This document shows, piece by piece, positions 23,451 to 35,206 of a stretch of DNA of 37,512 bases (positions within the stretch are counted from its first letter, which is position 1; the number at the start of each line of letters is the position of its first letter). The stretch is from Octopus bimaculoides. Taxonomy: Eukaryota. Under the pieces are notes generated by a model. It ran no database searches, had not been told where the DNA came from, and saw only the letters and a program-made list of their open reading frames with translations. The DNA lies in assembly GCF_001194135.2 (NCBI RefSeq), contig NC_068987.1, forward strand, positions 68,418,940 through 68,456,451. The letters run 5' to 3'. The position numbers and the translations under genes are program-made.

Positions 23451-24089
23451 AATATATAGATGTAATTCAGTATACATATTTATCCAATGTGTGTTTATGT
23501 ATTTATATCATTCAGAATATATGTATCTATTTTTCATATTGCATTGCTGCATATTTATATACAGTTATATCTATATACATAACACAAATGCACAATACAC
23601 GTGCATATGAATGTAGAATTTGATTAGAATGACGTAATCTCACATACATGAACATACGCATATATACGCTTTAGTGAAGCTACTCGGTTCCGATTCTTCA
23701 TTTTCTTTATTCCTATTTATTTATCAACATCACCCTCTCTCCACCTACAACAGTTTTTATTGCTTTCTTCTTATACATCTCATACACTTTGCACCGTTAA
23801 AAACACATAAAATTGTTTGCTCGCATATTTACAAATATACGTTTAGCCATCTTCAATGCGCTCAAAATTTTAAGCAGTTTTGCGCGTGCTCACAAGCGCA
23901 CTCACATACATCCGTATGCATAATCACATACAATAACGTGCGCATTAATATACACGCATACATCTATTTGCGTACACACAGAAAAATAGTAGTTCTTCCA
24001 TGAGTCCCAAAATCATTAGAAATGTAAATTATGTAAATTGGTTTTGAAACAGGAACAGAAACCAGATACATTCGAATCGCTTAGAACTT

Positions 24090-24390
24090 ACAACAAGTCC
24101 ACGATGCCAGGTATACATCAAATATTTAAAATTGTATATTTCGATTGAATCCTACTTCTTTCGATACCTGTCATGCATTTCATAGTTCATTTCTATTCTT
24201 GCTCATGTCTCACTTATATAAAAATAAAAACATTACAACCCTCCCAAAGAGGGGTATAACTTGCAGAATGCCACCTCACCAACAAGTACAAAAATTATGT
24301 GATATTTGTTTGGCTGAGAAATATCACATCATAAACCCGCAATAACAGAAAGGCAGAGATTAAATCGACTTGCCGATAAATTATGAAATG
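24090..24390 (+). pseudogene. Decayed C-terminal GIY-YIG endonuclease region of a Penelope-like element
   Basis: KLYIS (YIG-like), FDTCHAFHSSF (cf. FKxRYxNHxxSF), and LMSHLYKNKNITTLPKRGITCRMPPHQQVQKLCDICLAEKYHII (cf. LSKHIWxLK...WxIxxRAxPY....KRCxLCLxEKYHII, typical of PLE C-termini). Confidence 0.75.
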
Positions 24391-24421
24391 CGTGTGTGTG
24401 TGTGTGTGCGCGAATCTTTAC

Positions 24422-24468
<47 letters not shown>

Positions 24469-25859
24469 CATGTATGCATATATGTATGTGTCTATATATG
24501 TATGTATATATGTATGTATGNNNNNNNNNNNNNNNNNNNNNNNNNNNNNNNNNNNNNNNNNNNNNNNNNNNNATATATATATATATATATATATATATAA
24601 CGCCATACAGATGTTTATGTATGTGTGTGATTGTATAATACGTGTATTTATGTGAGTGTTTGTATGTAAACGAACTGAAGTTTGGGAAATCTAGTGATGG
24701 TTTGTATCAACAAAAAGTAAAACAAAATACTAAAATAAAATTAGATAAGATCATTATACTCAGTGTGAACTGAGATAAGGTTTCGTACAAAGCCTCTCTT
24801 TGAATAAATCTGGAGTTTTAGGATTCTCACCTTCTAACAGCATATCCCACACGAATTTATCAATTGTATAGTTTATATACTCGAGGTTTATAGTACATTT
24901 TTCTCTACTTTCAATTTATAGTTTTTTCTACCTTAGCACGTCGACTACATAATGATCCTGTGACGGTTTCATGATAATACGCAGACGAAATATTACAGCT
25001 CTGCATTGTATATAGAACACTTGTCTATCACAAATCAACATTCCCAGGTCAATTAAGTTCATATATCTGACAGCCACATGAGCTGTTGGCAAGGAGAATT
25101 CGGTGTACTGTGGAAATCAGCAATGCCGCTCATAGATTGGGCTTGAACACGCGTCCTGTCTATTGAAGTAGAAAGTAGCTTTGTACTACAATAACCATAT
25201 TCACTGAATCGCTTCATTTCTAAACACAATGGCTTCTTCGGCGTCTTTAGTCAACATCGCACAACTTATCACTTGAAGCACAACCATCACCGCCACTAAC
25301 ACCAGACTCCCCCCCCCACTATCACAACGACCTTCATGTTGAGCACCACCACCACCACTTCTACTACTACTACTACTACTATTACTACTACTTCTACTAC
25401 CATAACAAACAGAACTTCTTCACACAGATACACCTACGCCCAATTATTCTAAGTCACAGCTACACATATACACAGATACGCAGACACACACACATAGAAG
25501 ATACATATATATATGTATATACGTACATACACAGTAAACTCTACCACCACCCTCTTTACTTAACTTTGTATACGTTTACACCTGAGCCCCGCCTTTGATC
25601 TTCTCGTTATTGATATTTGTTATTTTTGTTGTTTTCCTTATTGCGTTGTTTTCTTTGCTGTTTATTGTATTAAAAGTCTGTCGTTGGCTGATATTCGTTC
25701 TAAAATGAGTAATATTTTTGCTGTAGTTGTTGTTCTTGTATGTTATTATACAGCGTGTTCGTTGGTGATGTTGTTTATTTATTTGTATTTCTACTGTTTT
25801 TCTGTCTGTTTTTCTGCTCGTTGCTATTGTTTGTTCTTTAGCTTTTCCTTATTGTATAT

Positions 25860-26035
25860 TATTGCTGTTGTTATTGTTAAGCGCTTGATCAGTCCTGACC
25901 GAAAAGACCCGTGATCAAAGACTTTCCAGCTGTGACCATCTCGTTTTTTTTTAAGTAATTCATTATCTAGTTTCCTTCCTTTCCTTTTTAAGACGATAGA
26001 TGATTTGAGACTGATACGATTCTGATATTCCGAGG
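25860..26035 (-). mobile_element. Family C repeat
   Basis: CTGACCGAAAAGACCCGTGATCAAAGACTTTCCAGCTGTGACCATCTCGTTTTTTT...TTTTTAAGACGATAGATGATTTGAG; begins in a (TTG)-type tail. Confidence 0.65.
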
Positions 26036-26329
26036 AAACACGTAAAAGTCTCTGTCTACGGCTAGCTTTGTTTGTACTGTCGTTGTTGCTGTTGATATTT
26101 GTCTGGTTACTTTTTATCCATTTATTTATTCATTCATTTATTTAAATACTTTTGTTTTTAATAGCTCTGTCATTGTAAGAACGGCGACCAGTAACTACAA
26201 CGATTTTTATGGCTTCCGTCAGTAAATATAGCTTCCACACTTCCTCCCACGAGGCATTCTAGGAATGATTAAGCCATTGGTTGAAAAATATAGTCTATCT
26301 AAGAAGGAACTTTTGATAATATCCTTACA

Positions 26330-26390
26330 GTCTTAAGGTGAAAATATATGATTTGCAGATTGAGCTATTATTTTTATCTGGTCGAACCAT
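26330..26390 (-). mobile_element. Family C repeat, partial
   Basis: TTAAGGTGAAAATATATGATTTGCAGATTGAGCTATTATTTTTATCTGGTCGAAC parallels 31643-31706. Confidence 0.4.
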
Positions 26391-26567
26391 CAGTTAGCGG
26401 CCTACGTAAATGACTCGTTGCTGTCGCTATAATCCATTGCTTTGCAATTTTATTTCCTAAACGACTCCTCTATATTATCTGCAACCCTTTCATATAAACA
26501 CAAGCAAACACGCACGCAAGCAAATCGATGAAGGAACATTTGCTTTGACATATTAGAAATGTTAACC

Positions 26568-26745
26568 AAATCTTCCTCAATTCACACACCCGTGCATCCT
26601 ATTTTCTTAAAGATGGGGTGGATATGCATAAGATAATCTGGTGCAAAGTATCGAGTAGCTGGGAAAAGATGAGATGAAAACAGCAGTAATGCCTGTTATC
26701 ATTGGTCTCTTTCCTGAAGGTTACCCTAGAATCTAAACAACAAAA
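26568..26745 (+). mobile_element. Family C repeat
   Basis: AAATCTTCCTCAATTCACAC...AAGATGAGATGAAAACAGCAGTAATGCCTGTTATCATTGGTCT...TCTAAACAACAAAAC. Confidence 0.55.
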
Positions 26746-27259
26746 CTATACCTCACGCACGCATGCAGACACTTACACACACGCGTACACTCACATGTAC
26801 ACACTCACACTCACTACCTCCCTCCACTGTCAAGACGACTAACCCCTGGTGATTTCCACTACTTTAATCAGTTTTAGATGGTTTTCAGTAAATGTCGTGT
26901 AGTGTGATTCCCTACCCGCTGTTAACGTTATCAAGCCATAGTCGACGCGTTTTCCCACGCAGACATTTGCCCATGCTAGGAAGATAGTTTACTTGGTCCA
27001 CGACTATACGCCGATCTTGCAGCCGTCCACAAAATCCGCAGCTCAGAGCGCTAACGCTATAACGCGAAACTCACACACGCACGCACATATGCACGCACAC
27101 ATATACACACAAAAACATACATACATTCACGTATACTCACGGACACTTATACAGACTTCCAAACTAAATCTTGCATAAACCAACGTGAGAGCCTCTATAT
27201 ACTCCTTCAAGCAGGTAAAAAAAATAGCTTTTAAATTATTCTCAAAAATAGTTTCAAAT

Positions 27260-27385
27260 AAATAAGACATGTATTAAATGATTTCTCTCGGAGCACAGAA
27301 TAGATATGTCTGAAATATCACTCATCGTAGGTGTGCTCATTCACGACTAACCGAGGTCTAAAACAACAACAACAGCAACAACAAA
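27260..27385 (+). mobile_element. Family C repeat, 3-prime part with an (AAC)n tail
   Basis: ATCGTAGGTGTGCTC...GAGGTCTAAAACAACAACAACAGCAACAAC. Confidence 0.4.
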
Positions 27386-27790
27386 AACTTATACATTAGC
27401 TCTACGCAAACAGCTACAAAGAAATATGCTCAATTACTGGTTATAAACAAAAAACTTACTAACATATTGGCAGAATCAGTATAAAGTCGGATAAATTAGC
27501 TGTGGTAATTAGTTAGGACACTTTTAAGTTCTCTATTCAAATCTTTCTTTGTCTTTCATTTATTTAAGGTTGATAAAATAGCGTACCAGTCAGCAACCGA
27601 ATGAGAAACCTAATATTGATATTCGTATAAGGCATTTTAGACATATAGTCGATAAATTAAAATATCAGTAAAATACTGCAGCTGATTCGATATTTCTATA
27701 AGGATTCCTTTAGCGGAACAAGAGGAGACACGTGGGATAAAGTAGTCAGGTCACAATTGTGACGAAAGAACTTAGACCAAGGACACGAAA

Positions 27791-27950
27791 ATAATGGTTT
27801 CAAACTTTGCCACTAGAGCAGCCATTTTGTGGGAAGGGGACTAGTCGATTACATCGACCCTAGTGTTTTACTGGTACTTAATTTATCGACCCCGAAAGGA
27901 TGAAAGGCAAAGTCGACCCCGGCAGAATTTGAACTTAGAATATGAAGACA
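27791..27950 (-). mobile_element. SINE family A, 5-prime truncated
   Basis: AGTCGATTACATCGACCCTAGTGTTTTACTGGTACTTAATTTATCGACCCCGAAAGGATGAAAGGCAAAGTCGACCCCGGCAGAATTTGAACTTAG. Confidence 0.92.
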
Positions 27951-28279
27951 TATATAATAGCATAAAATTCCTTAAGACATACACCACATCCCTCTAAGTA
28001 CAGAAATACGCACGTAGTCTAGAACGAACGCACTAAACAATATACGTTAACACAAAGGTGAACGCGCATTAAAATTCATACTCTTCTTTTTATTCTCATA
28101 TGCTTATCCTTCTTCGCCCTTCTTTCTCGATTCCCTTATTTTATTTTGAAGTTTACATTTTTTTCCCTTCGCCCCACTCCGTCAACTGTGGAGTATCTAT
28201 AAACATTTCTTTAGCTTTTCCTTTCAAAATACCAAGAGCTCTCTATATGTCTTTCTATGTCTCTCTGTCTCTCTCTCTG

Positions 28280-28311
28280 CCTCTGTCTGCCTGTCTGTCT
28301 ATCTAGCTGTT

Positions 28312-28368
<57 letters not shown>

Positions 28369-28370
28369 AA
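28280..28370. repeat. (CT)n microsatellite
   Basis: Directly visible; source of the poly-ER ORF. A second (CT)n run lies at about 28695-28730. Confidence 0.92.
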
Positions 28371-28471
28371 TTATCTCTCTTTCATTTTCATAAGCGCTAT
28401 TAATATAAATATTTCTACCGCCCTCCCCGACTTTTATTTTAGCGTACCCGTAAGCGACAGGTAGGCTATAC

Positions 28472-28504
<33 letters not shown>

Positions 28505-28879
28505 CATACACAACATACAGATGCACACACGCGTATGTATGTGTGTGTATATATATGTATATGAGCATAATTATGTTTGTATGTATGTTTATAAGTATAT
28601 GTATAACGGGAGCCAGTGCAATACAGTTTAAATAGTTTCCCTACTTTTCTACACATCCTTGTTTTTTACTTTCTTTCTATTAGTCTTCGTCTCATCTCTC
28701 TCTCTCTATCTCTCTCTCTCTCTCTCTCTCATAAATTCCTTCTTTTCTTCCCTTGCATCCCATTTATTATCATTAACAACCACACGCATACACACAACCA
28801 CACACATACACACACACGTGAATATGTGCGTTTGTGTAAGTTTGTATGTACGTGTGCATGCGTGAGTATGCGGTAAGGA

Positions 28880-28990
28880 TGGGGGAGGCGCACGCGCATC
28901 AGCACAAATTTTTCAGAGCAACACTCCCCCCCCCCAACCCCCCCAACCCTCAGCTGCCGCGCGCAGTTTCAGTTTAATGCAACATGGTAC
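28880..28990. promoter_or_regulatory. Small CpG/GC-rich patch, candidate cis-regulatory element
   Basis: GCGCACGCGCA (NRF1/Ewg-like, 28888-28898), C10-AA-C7-AA-C3 (G4-competent on the minus strand, 28926-28949), E-box CAGCTG (28951-28956), and several CpGs in an AT-rich background. Confidence 0.25.
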
Positions 28991-31499
28991 GCGGTTTGTT
29001 TATTTTCCGTTTCACACCTTAATAATATTCCTCCACCTACTTTACCATCATTACTGTCACTATTACCATAACTACAACAATCACAGTCACCACCACGGCT
29101 CTATCACTATCACTAACTGCACAACCACACCTACAAACAAGCACTCCCACAGCAACTACCTCCCATATATATATGTATATTGTTATGCTGTGCTTTTGAC
29201 ATTTCAAATATTCCAATTTGGAGATTGACTAGCTGTTAATCTTGTGTGAGTTTGTCACCTGAAATGTTGGTTGTTAGCGACAACAAAGTTGGAGTGTGGC
29301 GGTGGAATGGGGGAGGCGGTATTNNNNNNNNNNNNNNNNNNNNNNNNNNNNNNNNNNNNNNNNNNNNNNNNNNNNNNNNNNNNNNNNNNNNNNNNNNNNN
29401 NNNNNNNNNNNNNNNNNNNNNNNNNNNNNNNNNNNNNNNNNNNNNNNNNNNNNNNNNNNNNNNNNNNNNNNNNNNNNNNNNNNNNNNNNNNNNNNNNNNN
29501 NNNNNNNNNNNNNNNNNNNNNNNNNNNNNNNNNNNNNNNNNNNNNNNNNNNNNNNNNNNNNNNNNNNNNNNNNNNNNNNNNNNNNNNNNNNNNNNNNNNN
29601 NNNNNNNNNNNNNNNNNNNNNNNNNNNNNNNNNNNNNNNNNNNNNNNNNNNNNNNNNNNNNNNNNNNNNNNNNNNNNNNNNNNNNNNNNNNNNNNNNNNN
29701 NNNNNNNNNNNNNNNNNNNNNNNNNNNNNNNNNNNNNNNNNNNNNNNNNNNNNNNNNNNNNNNNNNNNNNNNNNNNNNNNNNNNNNNNNNNNNNNNNNNN
29801 NNNNNNNNNNNNNNNNNNNNNNNNNNNNNNNNNNNNNNNNNNNNNNNNNNNNNNNNNNNNNNNNNNNNNNNNNNNNNNNNNNNNNNNNNNNNNNNNNNNN
29901 NNNNNNNNNNNNNATATATATATATATATACTTAAATATGGACATACATATGTACATATATATATGTATACATACAAATACATATATACCTACATAATCA
30001 TATGCATATATAAATATTACGTACATATAACTGCGCACATGTACATTTATACATATATGCTTAGAATCATCTCTCCCCATTTGTATGTGCGTGTGTGTGT
30101 GTGCGTGATTGTGTGTATGTTTGTGTGTGTGTGGTGCCCACCTCTGATCAACGCACTAGCCAATATAACTACACTTTTCAAACTAGAATATATCGGCTCA
30201 CTGGAATATAATGTTTTCCCTGCAGCCATCAAATAAGAATTGCTCAAATAGAACATCAGTCGCATATATCTTAGCGGTCTCGGAGAGCCTGCAGGAATAT
30301 GGACACAATTTCTTTTCCGGAGACCATATCACGAAACACACACACACACACACACACACAGATGACCAAACAGACAAACATAAATATTTAGAAGTATAAT
30401 CACATAAATATATTTTAATAAATATGTTTGTAAATATTCACGATCAGTATTTAAAATCTTTCCTTTCTCCATACACTCAAAATGGAGTCAACTTCGTTTA
30501 TGCTTTCTTTAGATGTGCTCTGTTTTCCATAATTTTCATAAAAATTTAAAGAAGTATATTTTAAAAATGGTAAAGCTTTCTCTATTCAGATGTTTTTCAT
30601 GTCACCACATAGACTCACAGCATCTTCACGTAGAAGAAGTAGACTTTTAAGGGACTAAAATTTGACATGTATATGCATGTGTCTATGGATATATGCTTCT
30701 GTAAACGAACGAGTGTGCACGCTCATCTAATGTGTATGTGCGCTTGTATGTGTGTATGCGAGGTGCGTGCGCCTGTGTATATTTTTACAGAGATAGTAAA
30801 ATGAAGACAGTGACGCGTTGAGCCGGTATTTAAAAATGTACTTTCACTTTTCTTTTGCTTTCATGGTAAGTTATCAATAGCAGTGTTTGAAGAATTTGAA
30901 AGAGATGAAAGACACAAGAATACAAAAGCAGGCTCTATAAGAGAAATAAATGCAGATGTAAAGGAATGTGAAAGATATGTGCAATGCATACGATGTATAC
31001 ACACGCACACAAACACACGCACAGGCACACACACAAACACACACACACACACACTCACATATATATGAGTGTGTGTACATACTCATATATGCGCATTTAT
31101 AAATATATATATACACACACACACATATCCGCTCATTTATATTTATACATATATATATATATANNNNNNNNNNNNNNNNNNNNNNNNNNNNNNNNNNNNN
31201 NNNNNNNNNNNNNNNNNNNNNNNNNNNNNNNNNNNNNNNNNNNNNNNNNNNNNNNNNNNNNNNNNNNNNNNNNNNNNNNNNNNNNNNNNNNNNNNNNNNN
31301 NNNNNNNNNNNNNNNNNNNNNNNNNNNNNNNNNNNNNNNNNNNNNNNNNNNNNNNNNNNNNNNNNNNNNNNNNNNNNNNNNNNNNNNNNNNNNNNNNNNA
31401 TATATGTATGTATATATATATGCATGTATACATGCATGTGTGTGTGTGCGTATGTGTGTGTAGGTAGGTATTTATGTATGCATGTATGCACATGCACGC

Positions 31500-31712
31500 A
31501 GATGTTGTTGATGATGTTGCTGCTGCTGCGCAAAGCCAGTCCTAATGGAGTAGACCTATGATGAACGATATTCGAACCGTGACCAGCTTGTCTGTTTTTT
31601 CTATGAGATGAGAAACCAGGGCTACATATTGCAGCATCTCTTTTTAAGATGGCAGAAAGCGATTTGAGAAAGATAGTTTAGGTACTACTTCCTGCGGGTC
31701 GAACGACTTCAT
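31500..31712 (-). mobile_element. Family C repeat
   Basis: GTAGACCTATGATGAACGATATTCGAACCGTGACCAGCTTGTCTGTTTTTT...TTTTTAAGATGGCAGAAAGCGATTTGAG...GGTCGAACGAC; begins in a (TTG)/(CTG) tail. Confidence 0.6.
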
Positions 31713-31743
31713 CACTCTATTGAGGACTCAATATACACATACA

Positions 31744-32147
31744 GGCGCAGGAGTGGTTGTGTGGTAAGTAGCTTGCTTGCCAACCACATGGTTCCGGGTT
31801 CAGTCCCACTGCGTGACACCTTGGGCAAGTGTCTTTTACTATAGCCTCGGGCTGACCAAAGCCTTGTGAGTGGATTTGGTAGATGGAAACTGAAAAAAGC
31901 CTGACGTATATACATATGTATATATATGTGTGTGTGTTTGTGCGTTTGTGTTTGTCCCACTAGTATTGCTTGACAACCGATGCTGGTGTGTTTATGTCCC
32001 CCGTCACTTTGCGATTCGGCAAAAGAGACCGATAGAATAAGTACTAGGCTTACAAAGAATAAGTCCCGGGGTCGATTTGCTCGACTAAAGGCGGTGCTCC
32101 AGCATGGCCGCAGTCAAATGACTGAATCAAGCAAAAGAGTAAAAGAG
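31744..32147 (+). mobile_element. Full-length tRNA-derived SINE family B (CORE-SINE-like, about 400 bp, internal TA/GT microsatellite)
   Basis: Head GGCGCAGGAGTGGTTGTGTGGTAAG, B box GGGTTCAGTCCC, CORE-like ACCTTGGGCAAGTGTCTT, and a 3-prime end CAGCATGGCCGCAGTCAAATGACTGAA with an AAAAGAGT-type tail. Confidence 0.93.
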
Positions 32148-32274
32148 ATATATACAACACTTACCCCACCCCCACCCCGCATGTATATATACACGCCAGT
32201 GAAACCGAGAAACCGGCGTTATACTCCTTACAGAGCAATGGAGCAATGTGGTCTAACGATAGATATAATGCTTT

Positions 32275-32321
32275 TATTTTTATTCTTTCATTTGCTTAAG
32301 CCATGTGACTGCGGCCATGCT
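32275..32321 (-). mobile_element. SINE family B, short 3-prime stub
   Basis: TGACTGCGGCCATGCT (32306-32321) is the exact reverse complement of 32101-32116; preceded by a tail-like TTTTATTCTTTCATTTGCTT. Confidence 0.75.
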
Positions 32322-33376
32322 ATGTATATGTATATATAATTCCTCTTTTAAGCAGACATTTTCAGTGTCAATTCAGATTCAGACTGATGCCTATAGACGG
32401 GTAGATTAATTTCGAATTGTATTTTTGTTTCCTCTCCACTACTAGATAGATACCAAGCGAGTCAACTCTGGACTGACTAATATATATATATATATATATA
32501 TAAATTAGTAAAAATTAATCATATTTGTGCGCCTCGTTCTGTTCAGCTGAATTAAAATATATGGATGACATGAAAAGCAGTGATGCAAAATTTAAAAATA
32601 TAGAACAACAGTGCAGATGTATTAGGGTTATATTTGACTTGTTAAAATCATCTTCCCAACAGTTTGTCATGAAGAAAAATTTTCGTTTTTAGCAAAAGGT
32701 ATTAAAAATCCTAAAGTTTGTTAACTCCTTTTGCTAAATAAAATAAATAAATGCATGAATTAAGGGCTCAAAACTAAAGAGAACAACACCCTAGCGTTTT
32801 GGGTAAACTTATCACGAAGTTAGATTAGTGTACTACAATAAAAACCTGGAGGAAAAGCAATTTGCATACAAAAAGAAGTAAATGGTTAGCCATTCTTATA
32901 TGGACAGGAATTATGACTTTTCTTCGAAGATTTTGCTTTCGAAATCCAAAGAAGGAGAGAACTACACAATATATAGTGAAGAAAAGAATTTGTAGCATTT
33001 AAACCACTAAGAGGTGACCGAAACTCAATTATCTCACATTTTGTCGAGTATATTACACATGTGAATACAACTGCCGAAAACGTCATTTAGGTACTTTTAA
33101 TGTGGTACGATGTTGTAGCTAGAATAGTATGCAATGCCTTCCTTAGTGTATATAGATTGTTCTGAAATAAATATGGAAAATATTTCTGTTATATGTGGGT
33201 AAGTATTAAAGTATCTAACATTATTGAGACATTCCCATTAGATTTTCCGTGAAATGCAAATTTAAGTAGTCCGATATAGTTGCTAGAGGCAGAAAAGGAA
33301 AATTTCGCACTAAAGTAACGCCGACTACTCTTTAGGTATGAATATTTCTTTTAACATGAGAGAAATAGAGAACATT

Positions 33377-33587
33377 TTTTTCTACTCAAGGAACAAGGCC
33401 CAAAATTTTTTGGGAGGAGGCCAGTCGATTAGATCGACCCCAGTACGCAACTGGTACTTAATTTATCGACTCCGAAAAGATAAAAAGCAAAGTCGACTTC
33501 GGCGGAATTTAAACTCAGAACGTAAAGACAAACGAAATACCGTTAAGCTTCGCCCGGCGTGCTAACGTTTCTGCCAGCTCGCCGCCT
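33377..33587 (-). mobile_element. Full-length SINE family A with a probable 16-bp TSD
   Basis: Intact head (minus strand GGCGGCGAGCTGGCAGAAACGTTAGCACGCCGGGCG). Flanks AGAAATAGAGAACATT (33361-33376) and AGAGATAGAGAATATT (33588-33603) are 14/16 identical. Confidence 0.93.
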
Positions 33588-34082
33588 AGAGATAGAGAAT
33601 ATTGTCTAACCTTAACCCTAACCAAGCCAGATTATGGATTCACAATTATAAATTTAGATTCATTTGGATATATAAGAAATGTCTAAGTGACAATCTCGAA
33701 AGAGCGTGATTGTTAGGCACTGCATTGTCTTAGAACAATAAAAGTAAGCAAGTCTTTTTCTAAATGTCAACATGAAGCTTATTTTTTTTAGGGTCGCTGT
33801 AATTCAAATTCCTGCTATAGCGCTTTATTTCTCTGCAAGAAACTACTTGATTTTTTTTTAGGAAAAACTCAAATGATGAAAATTAAAACTCACTAACTGT
33901 ATATAATTCAACAAACGCAAATGAATTTTGCCCATGCATAGATTAACTTACAAGCACTTCCAACTGAGTAATAATGTTTGTATTTATACACGGCTTATGA
34001 ATTTAATGCAATTTACTGTGTTTAAATGAGTGTACAGTGAAAAGTTTATGAATGCTTAAATTAGGCATCGCACATGTGAACA

Positions 34083-34121
<39 letters not shown>

Positions 34122-34214
34122 TCTCTCTCTCACGCATACACATACACACAGCTATACACAATTATTCGCAACACACTCTTTATAAATCGTGACTAGCGAC
34201 ATATTTTCCCAAGT

Positions 34215-34640
34215 AGATGCAAAATTTCTCATCATAGCGATCCGAAAGTTGGTGGTAGACTTACAAATCTTTTCGTTGGTATAAGTCTAAGTTTCTTTGA
34301 CAAGCAACCTGCACAATCTTTACTGAAAACCACTTCCGCTTTCGATAGTTTCCAACAGGAAGTCCTGACTAATTTTTCATAACATTTACAATATCATCAA
34401 AGCTCATCTATCGATTTACGAGAACAATCCCTTAGACTTTTTCGATGTTGTCATAAGCATAGAATACGGTTAACAATCTAATCCTCTCTTGATGGAAAGA
34501 ACTGCAAGATTGTTTTTGAAAGTCTATTCGTAGATCTGTATCAGCAAAACATTTTTCCTATACTGTTCTGAAGTTTTCTCTGGATTTCGAGCTCTGATGC
34601 AATTTCAATCGATAGGAAATGAATCAGTGAATACTGTTCT
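34215..34640 (-). pseudogene. Possible decayed Ty3/Gypsy gag fragment
   Basis: Minus frame with stops: ERIRLLTVFYAYDNIEKV*GIVLVNR*MSFDDIVNVMKN*SG...YRKRKW, reminiscent of gag KxRLLL...SFDExVxxLxxxF...FxxRW. Confidence 0.35.
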
Positions 34641-35150
34641 TTTGTTGAGCGACCATGAAGGCTCATTGACTATGGTTAATATAACAAAGGCTATTTAAAT
34701 GACACTCCAAGTTCAAACATAAACCATAAGGACTTGCGGGAGACCTAACCTAACGATGCGTAAGAAACTGAAACTCACTCCAATGGGGAAAAATTCTAAG
34801 TGTTTTGCAGATAATTCATGGCTCACCTTCTGTGCACACGTCAATATATATATGTATGTGTGTTTATGTGTGTGTATGCATGTGTGTGTGTATGAGCTAT
34901 ACATATGTGTACGCGCGTGTGAGTTATACGTGTGTCTGTGTGTCTGTGTGTATATATGCATACTTACAGGCACAGAGGCACACATATTCGAATGATACGT
35001 TGACAAGCCTTCACTCGAGTAATCATTGGTAAGTATAGAAATACATAATAACACATATATAAATAACTAAAAAGGAATATACGCATATTAGACTCTAATA
35101 TCCTTATATCCCAACATTGCTGTTTCGCTCTTTCTCATTATGCATGCATA

Positions 35151-35206
<56 letters not shown>

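Noticed and set aside
26830-27065. GC-richer segment that might be an old minus-strand SINE head
   Set aside because: A and B boxes are not clearly identifiable and there is no second copy in the window, so it is left unassigned.
30790-30870. Plus-strand segment with a TTTTTACAG acceptor and ATG|GTAAGT donor; similar isolated sites at about 10741 and 35862-35944
   Set aside because: The 30790 segment has stops in all three frames, and the others give short unrecognisable peptides. Chance occurrence is likely without transcript data.
1946-31533. Dozens of long ORFs made of poly-L/I/Y/V/T/D/E, HT, CV, YI or LSIY repeats, or X runs
   Set aside because: They are translations of di-, tri- and tetranucleotide microsatellites and N-gaps, not genes.
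33003-33025. CTAAGA-GGTGACC-GAAAC, and similar GAAAC-containing stretches on the minus strand near 24785 and 35125
   Set aside because: The core is incomplete and there is no stem I or helix III pairing; not supportable as hammerheads.
33606-33623. CTAACCTTAACCCTAACC, telomere-like
   Set aside because: Only about three imperfect units; too short to call an interstitial telomeric repeat.
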